A DNA stretch of 64,000 nt from Iphione sp. A-MEVVRFRX5 (lineage: Eukaryota), in the NCBI GenBank assembly GCA_976226885.1, contig OZ320321.1, forward strand, positions 55,428,001 to 55,492,000, read 5' to 3'. Every line of letters starts with the position of its first letter. The stretch's first letter is position 1. A model generated the notes under the pieces. It was given only the letters and a program-made list of their open reading frames with translations. It searched no databases and was not told where the DNA came from. Of the stretch, positions 47,784 through 60,358 are shown one piece after another. A program made the translations under genes and the position numbers.

Positions 47784-48164
47784 GATGGGAGTAAGGAAGG
47801 GAGAGGCTAGAGTTTCAGCGAGAGGCAAAGACCGAGAAACTAATCTGTACATGATGGCAGGTGGATTACCTCTCCACCAATCGAATTGAAAACAGGTTTT
47901 TGAGATTTTTCCCCCTTTAAATCCCTGGGTTATGTGGTATAAAATTCTGTAACATTATCAGTGGCTCGTAAGGAGTGCCAGCTTGCAAAACTATTCTCAT
48001 GTACTAGTAGTTCCAAGGTGCGGAAGGGGGTAGCATTTCTCACTTTTTAAACCTTGCCAGTAGTTAATGGCAGGTCATGTTTGATCTTAAGATTGGGAGG
48101 AGACCATGGCAAACTCTTCAGACTTAGCCACGCCTTCTGACCTGGCCATGACTAAATTTTCTGT

Positions 48165-51100
48165 TTACGGTGATGACATTTTGGTCCAATCCGTGTTTAC
48201 CGTGTAGATCTTGTAAATGAATCGTGTCATTAAAATTCTGTATCAACAGAAAAACAGGAGTGTTTATACAAAGTAGATATACGCAGTTGGAAAAACTACA
48301 AAAAATGTGTTGCTAAGTTCACTTCATGAATCATAACTTCTAAGCAGAATTTTTTTCTCACATTTGGACATATGAGCTTCTTGGGAGCCAGGCAAAAAGG
48401 TTAAACATTTCTGCACGGGAGATTCTTTGCAGCAAACCAACGGGAACCTTGTAATTGATCATTGAAAATTTAGTCCTGCAAGAAAGGGCAAAGCTAAAAT
48501 GATTAATACACCTACTAATCGTTAGCATAACTGGTAGGAATTTGCACTAGAGGTGACGTGTCAGGCACAGCTGATCTGGAAAGCCAGTTACGAAAGGCTA
48601 GTTAACATAATCCTTAGTTCAAAATTCACGATATCAATGACATTCAGCCAATCATAAGGGTTGTGTCAACTATCGCCTAACAACCAATCAACTTCAGCTT
48701 TTTATAGGGACCCAGGGTTACTGCCTCTTGTTAAGCAGAGATGAAGACTACACAAGTAACCAGAGATGGATCTCTGGCACACTAGTTGAACTTACTGCTC
48801 AGTAAATCTTTGATCTATGACAACCTAATGGACCAGCTGACTAATATCAATGAAGTCAGATGAGCCAATGTCATGGTACCATTGGAATGCTGCACTATAT
48901 TCTCAGAAACTGTTCTTATACATGTACATAAGTACATGTACTTGTTACGGTCTAAATATATCTTTGAAGTGGAAATCCAACAGCTACTTCACGCAGGAAG
49001 TTAAACCAAGGTGTAACAGATCTAGCACTTGCAACGGTCACTCAGAGTAATGAAGTATCAGGACAAAGGGCCTAGTAGGTCAAGTTTATTATACTATGAA
49101 AATGCATGAAATCGGGAAATGAACGAGTATTTGTCTAGTGCTAGTGACGGAGAAAGCAGGAATGCAATTCTCCACATTAATTCTACCTGGAAATAATTCA
49201 AGATGGGTACAGCATAATGCAAATGGTGCCGTATATATTGAATGAATATTATGCGATTCAAAAGTTCCTATGGTGTAAGTACTCTCCTGGTAACGGAAGG
49301 AAACACTGTTCAAGCATTCTCAGATACAGGCACAGGGATCATTGCAATAGGAAAGGTTCAAACAACTTCTAATGATTAATTGCATGGACCAGGTGAAAAT
49401 GGCACAACATTTATGTTTAACAATGGAACAGAATTGTACACTATCAGTTTAGTGCTGTCATAATACCAGTGCAATATCATACGAACATTGCCATGTGTTT
49501 TCTGACAGTCAAACTAAACATGAGAGAGGAAGAGATTATTTAGGTCGATTAGGAAGACAACAATTAGTAAGTATGCATGTGAAGTTTCAAGAGAAGTTTC
49601 TTTGTTTCATATGTGACATGTTCTGACAAAATGAGGCTAAGGTCAGAAAAAATCAAATTATAGAACATTGGGCAATTCTCACAACTTGTGTACTGGTCCT
49701 GGAGAATACATTTTTAGCCCTTTTGTGATTACAGTAGCTTAATCATTAGGTATTTACAGGTAATTTTGTACTTATTTGGAAGTATGTTACATGGCCTTTC
49801 TATTAATACCTAATATATTTAAGTTGGAGTATTTTCTGAGAAGATATGAATGAAAATATATGTAATTTCATGCTTCTGTTGATAATTTTTAATCAAACTT
49901 ATTTAAATATTCCAAATATAAGTCATGAAAGAAAATATTCTTTTATATTTTCAAATAAATAACATTGGAGGCTATACCAGTATTGACTTTAAAAGTAAAA
50001 CAATAAATATAAAATATTTTAAAAACAGGTCTTTACTTTTGATGAATTTGAATGTATTCTCCAGGACCATTTTTCTACAACTTTAAAGATACATTTAATA
50101 CACACTTTGATTCAGGTGTTATATGTATTCCTAAAGCATATGACCACACCTACCAAAATGCCCAATATTATTTAATCATGATTATAAAGTATGAAGTAAT
50201 TGCAACTTTTAATGTGGTTTTGAGAGTGGGGACAAACCGTGGCGTATTCTCCAGGACATTGAGAATTTTCATACCCAAGCTAAGAAAATAGTATTTTGGT
50301 ATTTTTTAAAGAATATTTTATGTCATAACTATATGTCTAATTAAAGTATTACATGCCAAAGTTATTGGTAGAGAATGAAATATCACAAGTTCATCTTAAA
50401 CCCAAATTTTGAGAGATTTGGTGCCTTGTATTCTCCAGGACGAAGGCCAGTATCTTACATGTCTTGTAGATATCTTAGTTTTGAAAACTATATCTCATCT
50501 TTATAATAAGACTGTATCATGATGACATGTTTTCTAGCATTTAAAGGTACAAAACATCCACCTTGACCTAAATTATGCTTTATAATGTATTCTGCAAAAT
50601 AAAAAGTATTTTCCAGTTCAAGTACCTTTACTATTAGGAACAGCATGTCTGAAATGCTATGTAAATGTAATTTTTTCATTCATATGTGATTATTTACCTA
50701 ATTTCTATCTTTTAAAACCTAGTAGAATGGAGAATTATTAATATTAGTAAATAATCACACAGTTTGTATTCTCCAGGACTGAGTGTATTCTCCAGGACCA
50801 TCACTGTTTTATCCATCTGAGCATTTTTTTGTTATTGTAATGGATGAAACATTAGTTATTTTTCATAAATAAGTACAACACAAAGTACTAGAACCATTAT
50901 CATGAAAATTATTGTCATTTATTTTTCCTTATTAGCTAGATATGAAAAAGTTATGTTCTTATTTTCCTTAAAAAAACATTTTACTAATTATTTTTAGTAG
51001 AAAAAATGAACTAATGTAAGAAACCAACTTTATTATTAATTTTCCCTTATTCCTCCTAGAAAATAGTTTTCAAATATTCATCAAAATAATAAATAACATG

Positions 51101-54100
51101 GATTTCAGTGTCTTTTGTATTCTCCAGGACTGAATAATTACAATATAAATTGGGTCACACAATAGTCATATGATAATAATTTTGCTATACCAAAGTTCCT
51201 TTTATATGGGAAATGTTTTTTCCAGATTTATTATAATTTCTATATAATATTTTGCTTTGTTCCTTTTTATACAGAGTATTTGCATATATGAGGATGTTTT
51301 TGTAAATTTGTGTCACACTTTTCAAATAATTACAAAGGTCTTTTATAGAGTAAATACTTGATAATATTGATCAATTGTATTTTGATATGATATTCTCATC
51401 CTTTCATCACAAAATGAAACATGGATATCAATAAGAAACTAGGTAATTCTGAATTAAACAAGATCTGTCTGGAATTTTTGCTGTTCGTCCTGGAGAATAC
51501 ATAGCTAATTACTTGTATACTTTCGCAATCTCTGATGTCATTTCAAACTACCAGTTTCCATTGAACAAATATATTAAGAATGCAAAGTATAGGAAGTTTT
51601 TCAGATTGGTAGAACTTAAATTTTTGATGTATTCTCCAGGACTGGTACACAAGTTGTGAGAATTGCCCAGTTACATATTTCATCAAAATATGCTATTCTT
51701 TAGCTTTCCAACAAGGTATAGCATGTGTTCCTACCATGATTAGGTAAAATATGGGAAAGTGACAAAGTTCTCAAGAACCGCACCTAACCACTCGCAGAAG
51801 TTGAAATAAAAAGCAATCAATCAACCACAAATGAGAAATTGAGATATTGGCCTTTGAAGTTTTCATAGTTGTGGTCTACTGTGGTCTTCCAGAATAACTT
51901 AGCAATAACTTTAGCAACAGACACTTCATATTTCTTAATTTTCTTGAAACTTAACTTAGTAACTATCTACACTAAGCTACAAAATACGAGAGAATCATGT
52001 ATTTTAAGACATAATATTTTTCTATACCAACCTCTGAAAATATGACAAAATCTTGCTCTGAAAAGGAAACTTAACCTAGAAAGAAAAACACAAAGTACAT
52101 GTACCACAGTACCTCCATCTAGAAGCTTAAAAAGGGCTGTAGGTTTACCTTGATCTTGTAAAATAGTCTGTGAAAGTGTTTATCATTGTCTTGGGTTGAT
52201 TAAAAGCACAGCCTTTGAGGTTATAATAAGATAATAATATGAACAGAGTCTTTTTACAAATTGTTTAACAACCACTTTTGGTTTTTTAGTCTAGTCAAGT
52301 AAATATTCAATTCAAATCTAGCAGACATTCAAATGTAATCAGTAGAACAAGTTGATTTGGTCTTCTTTGGTGGACCACAGCCTCCTTTTGCATGCTTAGC
52401 TTGTGGTTGGGGCTCTGGCTCAGAGTCAGAGTCATGGCTCGAGCTGGAGCTCTCCATCTGTCTGAACATCTTCTCCTCCTCTTCTTTCTCCTCTTCCCTC
52501 TTCCTTTAAAGTGTCTCAGTCTGGGTATACCCATGGCTGCTAGTGCCCTTATCTCTGCCCCTGCCTCTGCCTCTGTCTCTCTTTCTCCCTCTACCCCTGC
52601 TTCATGCATGGCCTTCATCAGCAGATCCTAGAGGTGGGTATGGAGCTAGTCCTGGCTCTGTGTCTGACTTTGCTCCTCTCAGAGCAGGGTCAGGAATGGC
52701 AAGCTTTGGGCACATGATGTCTTTGGTCTCTTCTGTGCAGAAGTCTCTGATGTTCTTGAACAGATATCACTTTCTCTTGGTGGACAAACTAGGGGAAGAA
52801 ACAGGTGGGAGGGGTTCTTTGAGACAGATTGGTGGCTAACACTTAGCATCTTGAAAGTGTGTGGCTCGCTGTCTGCATATTGGTGGAAAGAAATAACCCC
52901 AGGGTTCTAAGAACTCAAAATGATGCTGCTGCTTAATACCTTGCAAACATTGCACAAAAGGAACAAAGAAAGTTTGCCAGTTATGTGATGAGAATATTGA
53001 CCTGATCCTAGGTACTCTTCAGTACTGTCTGAAATAACTCAGACAGGCTGGAGGCAGGCTCATGCTAAAAATTCTCTTTCAGCCAACCAAAGCACCAGTT
53101 GGCTGCAAACTTCATGTGGCCAGTAAAAAGAAAGTTAAGGCTGATTGTTCTGTGATGACAAGTCAGGCTCCTCCACATAAGATAAGCTAGCACATAATTG
53201 TTCTTGTTCTAGCTACTGTAGTTGTCACAGTGCAGATCAACAGAGTATGACCCTAGATTAAGCTTCTCAAAATAATGCTGCAGATAGGAGATGATAGCAT
53301 TGGCCCCCTTAATGCCACAGTATCCCTTGTCTATGAGATAGTTGACTTGCTTGGTATAGCCTCATTAAACATCCAATAAATGCCCCCTTTCAGCAGGACA
53401 GGAAATACAGTGGACCTGGTTGCATTGGGGAGAAGGGCAGGTGGACCTGCTGGGCATAGTCAAAACTGATGTGGGTAGCTATGTGAATAGAATAGGGTGG
53501 ATGTGGACCAAGGCTAGGAGACTTGGCTTCCCAATAGGTGGCCATGGTGTTCTTCACCATATTCTGATAAAATGTCCATACTCTGATAAAATGGCAGCAA
53601 CAAATTATATGGAGAAGTTGCAGCCACAAGTTCTGGAAAGTAGTCTGCCACACACCTGTACTGAGACTCCTCCATGGCCATATGATACAGTTTGTAGATG
53701 TCAGCTGTAGTTGTGGACCAGGGGAGGAGGTGGATGTCATTTTGCATGTGTGTAGCTACACAAGGGTGTGTTGGTCTCTGCATACAAAGTGATGAACCCT
53801 GCAACACTCTCAACATTGGTAAGGTGGAGGATCTTGCTTTTGGACTGTCTGCTGCCAGCCCTCTTGACACAGGGGACAATGCCTTTATACTTATACCATT
53901 GTATAATGTTGATGAGTTCATTCTGGCTGATGCTGGAAGGTAAAGTGAAACACTCTTAATATCTAACCAAGACAGGAAGGCCATCAATGCAGGTAGGTTG
54001 TAACGTCAAATAGGAGGGTGGTTATATACTCTGAGTTCATGACTTCTCAGATATATTTATCTATTTACTCATACTATTATTTCTATAAATACTTGGAAAT

Positions 54101-57100
54101 TACATTTATATGGTACGTGAAAGGAAATAAAAGTACAAGGATGAAAATACTCATGCATACATGAATTTAAAGGTGTCCCTGGAAATGTCCTTGGAACCAA
54201 CCATGTAGTGCCTGTGTGGAGCATGCCTCTTCCTTGTCCCCCTTCTTCCAATTTGATGTCATGGCACTGATGTTGTCAACAGTGCTTATTATGCCTTGGA
54301 GTAGCATGTCCTTTGTCCCTAGAAGAAATGGGTATGCATGAGGTATGGTAGACATGAATAGGATTGACATGGGATTGTTTTTTCTGGCATGGGTGAAACT
54401 GACTACAGGATAACCCCTGATTACGGACGCCCTGCCACAGCGGACGCCTCCTACAACAGACGCCCCAAAGACAGTCCCGACCAAAAACCCTCCATATCAT
54501 GTTTATTACAGCCCGGACACAGCGGAAACCTCAAGGACAGCGGACACCCCTCCTTCGGACACTCTCCAGACAGTCCCAAACACTGATTTTGGAGGGTCTA
54601 CAGTGGATGCCCACCCTGGAGGAGAGGCGAGAACCTCTCCCAACACCCTGGAGAAACTCCCTTTGATGGGCGTCTCACCTCTGGGATAGGCGCAAACCTG
54701 TGCAACACCCTGGAGGAACTCCCTTTGATGGGCATCTCACCTCTGGGATAGGCACGAACCTGTGCGACACCCTGGAGTAACTCCCTTTGATGGGCGTCTC
54801 ACCTTCAGGAGAGATGTGAACCTGTCCTGACACCCTTGCATTATGACTTCACTCTACCACCTTGAAAATACCCCTCTGCCACAGTACATATTCCCTCTAC
54901 AACTGCCAAACTTCACTCTACCACCTTGAAAATACCCATCTGCCACAGTACATATTCCCTCTATAACTGCCAAACTCCTCTCTACCACCTGGAACATACC
55001 CCCCCTGCAACAGCCCGGCGACAGCGGACACCCCCCCACAACGGACGGTTTCAGCTTAGTCCCCTCGATGTCCGCTGTAGAGGGGTTATACTGTAGTTGA
55101 CAATAATATTTAGCAGATATCAAACTAAAGTGATTTTCTCAGCTTTATATCTTCACTAAAATTTGTGTAATAGCTGCTACTAGTCTCAACAAGTATTACA
55201 ACCAGTTATGGGAACAATAAGAAAACTTGCTACTGTCATTCAGCCAACTCAGTCACCATGAACTGTTTGCTGCAGTTGTGATCATTATGGTGCTTGCAAG
55301 AACATCTACAAAAATGTTCACATGGTCAGTTTCTCATTGTTTAAGAAATTCTAAAATAGCCCAAAATACAAAGAAAAATACAGTTGCCTCCACCTAAAGC
55401 GACCAGCAAAGGGACTGAACAAACGTAGTTGCCTAAGGTGAATGGTCGCCTAAGCCATTGTTAAGGGGGTCAAACCACAAAATGAAATCCCTTTCTCCCT
55501 CTCTTTCTACAAAGTAAACGAGTCTCCAATGTCATATAAAGCAGGCAACCACCAACTTTTCACATCAGAAACACTCAAAAAACATGTGCTCTCTGGGCTC
55601 TCCTGTCACCTACAAAGTGGGAAGTGGTCACCGAAGACACCTTCAAATCCTTGTTTTGTGCTGTAAAAATAATGGTCTTAATGGCCAATTGGTCACCCAA
55701 ACAGAGTGGTTGTCCTGGGCAGAGTGCATCACAAAGTGGACGTACAGAAATTCAAAACGTTCTTAGTAAATAAGGTCGCCCTGGGCAAATGGTTGCCCAG
55801 CCAAATGGTCATAGGATGAGAGTCCACTGTAACAATGAAAAGCTATTCTAACATGTTCACAAGATATCTCAGAATCTCCAGGGAGATTTACAACTACAGA
55901 GGCAATGATTTTTTTTCTTAGTTTGATGGAAGCGACTATTAAGTCGCTGATATGGTGGATTCAATAAACATGAAGTTTTCACAGCAAGTTCACTTGCACT
56001 CGTGAGCTCATCGGTAGGATAAGATAAGATAAGATAAGAAATCATTTTATTTATCCAAGTATTCGCCTTAGCAGGCGGTATTCGGTTTTTGGACATCAGA
56101 TGTAGGCACAACGTATATACAATTGACATGTAATAACGGATACAGTATTAATGATACATTGACCTGCAATTGATAAGTGTACTATCTATACAGCAAATTT
56201 TGACAGAGTTTTAAAGATATCCGCTGAAACAATGCTCCTTAGGAATGGGTCCAATGAGTTCCAACTCTGTATACCATTATAGTGCACAGACTTTTTTACC
56301 AATTCTAGACGAGGTTTAGGTACATAGAGTAGGTCAGCATCATGTTGTCTGGTGTTGCCTCTTTGTTGGTGAAGAGGAAGCAGTTTGTGTAGATACATAT
56401 TATGAATGATGTTTACAGTGAACCATTTACGTCTGTGGAATGTGTCTTTCAAGTCATATAATATATGGAGATCAGTACTTGATGGCATTTTCTGGTTACA
56501 CTTATATCTTTTTGAGTTACTATACATTATGGCTAAGGCACGGTCCTGCAGTTTCTGCAATTTATCTAGGTTAGATGTTTTGCAGCAGCCTAGCATTACT
56601 GTTGAGTAATCAACTTGTGGCCTAATGAATGCTTTGTATAACTTTAACATATCTTGTGAGCTGAGGTAATTTCTTATTCTATACATCATTTTTGTTTTTT
56701 GAGTTACTGTTTTGGCTACCTTCTCAGCTTGCAGATCAAATTTCATATTGTGCTCAAAGATCACTCCTAGGTATGTATAATGATTGACATATTCAATTTT
56801 CTGATTTCCTATGTAAACATTGGCATCTGCCTGCTCTCGTTTAGGACAAAAAGAGAGGATTTTTGTTTTTTCGGTGTTCATAGTTAGCCTGTTAGTGGTA
56901 CACCATGCAACCATACTATCTAGTGCACTTTGAGTTTTTGAGAGTAGCCCTTGACTATCCTCACTTTTGACCAGAATAAGAGTGTCATCTGCAAATAGAG
57001 TTTTGGATTGTGGACTACCAGGGGATTATCCAGAACTTCTCAAGCTCTAAATTTGTTCTGAACTACAGGCTTTACAATATCAAGGATGTGTCTTGAAATA

Positions 57101-57577
57101 AAATCCCCTTAATTATCAAGGTCTTAATATGAAATTTCAATAGCTAAGACAGCCAGGGGGTAAGATGTAAGATGTGAAAGGACGATGAGTGGCGAGGTTA
57201 CAAGGAGGTTAACAATGTTATAATAAGTTATGTGACCACAACGTAGCTTGAGAGCTACAAAATTGTATTGCCACAGCAGATCTTCACAACATTATCACAA
57301 CTAAGGTTCAATGTTACAACGCCATGGTCAGAACGCAGTTTGTTTATACTACTTATTTTGCTGAAAGTGAAAGGAATTGTTAAAATGGCAAATCTACACA
57401 AAAATATACTTTCTTCTCAAGTTTGTTCCTTTTTACCTGAATATTAACATTATGGACGTATCTTTGATGATAAATTGGTCCTCATACTTCGGTCTATCCT
57501 CGAACTTGTAAATGCTCTGGCTAGCTTGTTGTCCGCAGTAGTTAGCACCATAAGAAATGAAAACAATCATAGCAAAA
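48165..57577 (-). CDS. Unidentified multi-exon gene (3' part); candidate exons 57437-57577, 49483-49513, 49187-49286, 48796-48889 (contains in-frame TAG), 48165-48237
   Basis: Five segments with AG acceptors and GT donors whose phases chain correctly (2-2, 2-0, 0-1, 1-2, 2-stop). No recognisable homology. Confidence 0.45.
49670..51668. mobile_element. 2-kb AT-rich non-autonomous TIR element with dispersed 14-bp motifs
   Basis: About 42-bp TIR starting GGGCAATTCTCACAACTTGTGTAC at 49670 and ending at 51668; nine copies of GTATTCTCCAGGAC; no ORF; TSD unclear. Confidence 0.85.
52330..54340 (-). pseudogene. Decayed Sola-like DDE transposase
   Basis: HISFDYAQQVHLPFSPMQPGPLYFL (about 53400-53475), KGANAIISYLQHYF, LHCDNYSS*NKNNYVLAYLMWR (about 53170-53240), FTGHMKFAANWCFG (about 53090-53125); many stops and frameshifts. 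Confidence 0.72.
54406..55093. mobile_element. Tc1/mariner-type MITE with internal repeats
   Basis: TIR CAG(G/T)ATAACCCCT, TA TSD, repeated CAGCGGACA(C/G)CC subterminal motif, about 60-bp internal repeats at 54630-54830. Confidence 0.82.
55381..55829. mobile_element. Degenerate Tc1/mariner-type MITE
   Basis: TA-flanked CAGT...ACTG ends with repeated GGTCGCC subterminal motifs; TIR imperfect. Confidence 0.55.
56018..57020 (-). mobile_element. 5'-truncated CR1/L2-type LINE (RT C-terminal half, 3' UTR, (TCTTA)n tail)
   Basis: LFADDTLIL in frame with WCTTNRLTMNTEKTK...YTYLGVIF...LYKAFIRPQVDYS; AATAAA then (TCTTA)4 at 56018-56038. Confidence 0.88.
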
Positions 57578-57964
57578 CTGGATAAAAGGAATTGACAGCC
57601 TCATAGCGTAAAAGTTAGAAACCTCATAACTTATTAAACCTTCAATGGAAGTCCTTCAAATTTGCGGTGGATTTTCCTATTAAATGGGCGCTGTATGAAA
57701 ACTAACACATTTAGTTTCGTACCTATTATTGAAGAATATATATTTGAAACTGTGTGATTAATAGAACTACTCTGTTGCAAATTTGGAGTGAAGTTGTACA
57801 ATATTTCTGAGGTTCAGACTATTGAGTAAAGTAGTGTCATGCGTAATTTCACAACATATAAATTTGCAAGTGTATACCTTTCAACGAATTCGCTAGGAAT
57901 AAATCTTCTTTTGGACAATGTTAGCTATATCTATTTGTTACTGGAAGCCACTTTTCCCTAATTA

Positions 57965-58134
57965 CAGTGGAAAGTCTCTAATCAGGACACCCTCAGTTCT
58001 TTCCCAAACTGTTCTCTATTAAGACATCCCTAGAGGGGACTTCTTTCAATGAGTATTCAATCTGTTTTTCCCAAAGTGTGGCAAATAGAGTTGATATTGG
58101 TGATATGTCCCTGAGGTAAGGTGGCTTTCCAGCG
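57965..58134. mobile_element. Tc1/mariner-type MITE (family of 27284-27463, inverted)
   Basis: CAGTGGAAAGT...GGCTTTCCAGCG, TA TSD. Confidence 0.75.
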
Positions 58135-59218
58135 TACATGTATCTTTTAAAAATTGCATAAATATGCAGTATATTTCAAGTATTATACAGGACAAATGCA
58201 CGCGTATGAACCATGCAAATATGGAACACTAACAGTTAGCATCAAGCTGAGCACAGGCTTTGTACCTATAGAAAACTTAGCACAGCCGCAATACCAATAT
58301 TATTGATTATTAAACATTTGTATTACTCAGTTCAATTAAGGTAATGATATCCTAAACGTGGGCTCAATTTCCTTGTACACGTGTGCAAGTTCCATGTGTA
58401 GATCACACGGCTAGCTGTTTCTATGAGGACCCCCACCCCCTTACATGCCATTTTTTAAATCAGGAAATGGCACAATGTATAGTGGATTCTGTCTAAATGG
58501 CGCGAATCTATATGAAACCAGCAGATTATTGTGTCTGAGCGCGCCGATTTTGTGCAAATCGTGCTAAAAAATGTCCATTCATTTAACCCTCGTGATATAT
58601 ATATACATATATATATATATTTCATGCGTTTTGTATTGTGCAACTAGCCTCATTTATGGATCCACTTAGTTAAACGAGTTTACGAAGTTTGACTACGGTT
58701 AATCTAGTGATAAAAGTGACGTCATATCAAGGGATGAGCTGTGCGCTATCTAGCCGTGGTGCCGGGATACAGGAGCCAGCGGGCCGGGAAGGGAGCCAAT
58801 CCGTGTGCATCAAGTGACGTCTCGGTAGCTACCAGGGCGGGCCCTTGATATGACGTCACTTTTATCACTAGATTAACTGTAGTCAAACTTCGTAAACTCG
58901 TTTAACTAAGTGGTTAATCACGTGATCAGTGACGTCATCCAAGGGATGCTTTGTCTATTGCGCCTGTATCCCTGCACCACCTGGGTGATAACTGAGACCC
59001 CCAAGAACAGGGGGTGTGCAGTGTTCACCCTAGTACTCAATAAAGGGAAGAACGGAACACTGAGTCGTAGTAAGGTCAATAAAGGCATCAGCCCGGTTTA
59101 TTTCTGAATGTAACACATCAATCAGAGACAAGTGCAACCAACTACAATTCCCCTATAGTGCAAGGGGCCACCCAGTCTGTAGGCCGTCTGGCCGGGTACG
59201 GGGGACTAGTCCCGGGAG

Positions 59219-60358
59219 TCAAGGCCCGTCCTGCGGGTCGCTGCCCTCAGGCCTGATAGTGTTCAAGATGGTCTCGCAGAAGGAGCCTGTCCTCTGCACT
59301 GGCCTCTTGTAAAACTTGGTGAACGTGCTCTCCTGGGACCATCCCCCGGTCTTCAAGATGGTATCTAGGGGGAGTCCCATGTGGAGCGCCTTGCTCGTTG
59401 AGGCCGCTCTGGTGCTGTGGGGCGTGTACTTGACCAAGTCCAAGCCACAGTCCGCCAGCGCGCACTTCACATACTTGGCCAATGCTATCGTAGTTATTGG
59501 CCTCTTCCGGGCGAAGCCCACGAAGAGGACCCCTTCATGGGCAAAGTCATCAGTAGCCGCAAGGTAGGTCGCCAAATGTTCATATACACATATGGTCTTG
59601 TCTTCGAATGGGCGGAAGACAATGGTGGGGTTGCTGAACTGCTCCCTGGAGTGTTTCAGCCTTGCGGTCACTCGTATGGTGCAAGCCTCGGCCTCGAAGG
59701 TGATGTCCGACTTTTTGATCACCTGTAAGGTCTGGAGGCGTTGTCCCGAGGCGAGAAGGCAGAGGAGGACGGTCTTCTTCGTCAGTGCTGGCAGGTCCAG
59801 TGTGTGTGGGGCACCCCACGTGGCCAGCTTGCGAAGGACCTGGGCAACGTCCCAGACCTGGTCGAACTTGGTGACGAAGGGTTTTGCCCTATGGACGCCC
59901 CGCATGAAGCGAACCACGTGGTGGTGGGCGCCGAACGTCACCCCTCCGTCAAGGATTACGAAACTGGATAGCAGGCTGCGGGCTGCGTTAACCATGGAGT
60001 AGGAGAGGCCCTGCGCCACCAGGTCCTCCAGGAACTCCAAGGCCAACAGGAGACTCGGGGATGTCGAAGGGTGGCCTCTGCTCACGCAGAAAGCCTCCAG
60101 CCTGTCCAGTATGGACAGGTACTTTTTCTTGGAGGCCGGAGCCCAGGCCTCCACCATACGTCTGGCTACCGGGCCCGGGAGGCCCACGCCGACCAGCTTG
60201 TCTGCTAGAGGGTCAGGACCCACAGGCTCATTGCGCCGGCTTGTGGGTGTGTCTCGTCCGGACCCCTCACCAGCGTGTCCCGATCCACTTGGATCCGCCG
60301 TTCGCTCTGTCGGGGCAGGGTTCTCGCCGCATTGAACCATGGTTGAGTCTTCCACCAC
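59219..60358 (-). CDS. DIRS B tyrosine recombinase
   Basis: LLASGQRLQTL (R), YTPHSTRAAS (H, R), GGWSQESTFTKFY (Y); the start may instead be the ATG at 60157. Confidence 0.92.
   Translation of the reverse strand: MVEDSTMVQCGENPAPTERTADPSGSGHAGEGSGRDTPTSRRNEPVGPDPLADKLVGVGLPGPVARRMVEAWAPASKKKYLSILDRLEAFCVSRGHPSTSPSLLLALEFLEDLVAQGLSYSMVNAARSLLSSFVILDGGVTFGAHHHVVRFMRGVHRAKPFVTKFDQVWDVAQVLRKLATWGAPHTLDLPALTKKTVLLCLLASGQRLQTLQVIKKSDITFEAEACTIRVTARLKHSREQFSNPTIVFRPFEDKTICVYEHLATYLAATDDFAHEGVLFVGFARKRPITTIALAKYVKCALADCGLDLVKYTPHSTRAASTSKALHMGLPLDTILKTGGWSQESTFTKFYKRPVQRTGSFCETILNTIRPEGSDPQDGP

Noticed and set aside
49696-51642. CRISPR-like reading of the GTATTCTCCAGGAC repeats with unique spacers
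   Set aside because: Repeats are only 14 bp, spacers are 5-350 bp and irregular, orientations are mixed, the array is bounded by TIRs, there are no cas genes and the context is eukaryotic.
55257-55350. Extra exon for the unidentified minus-strand gene
   Set aside because: Good acceptor, but all three frames contain stops before the donor.
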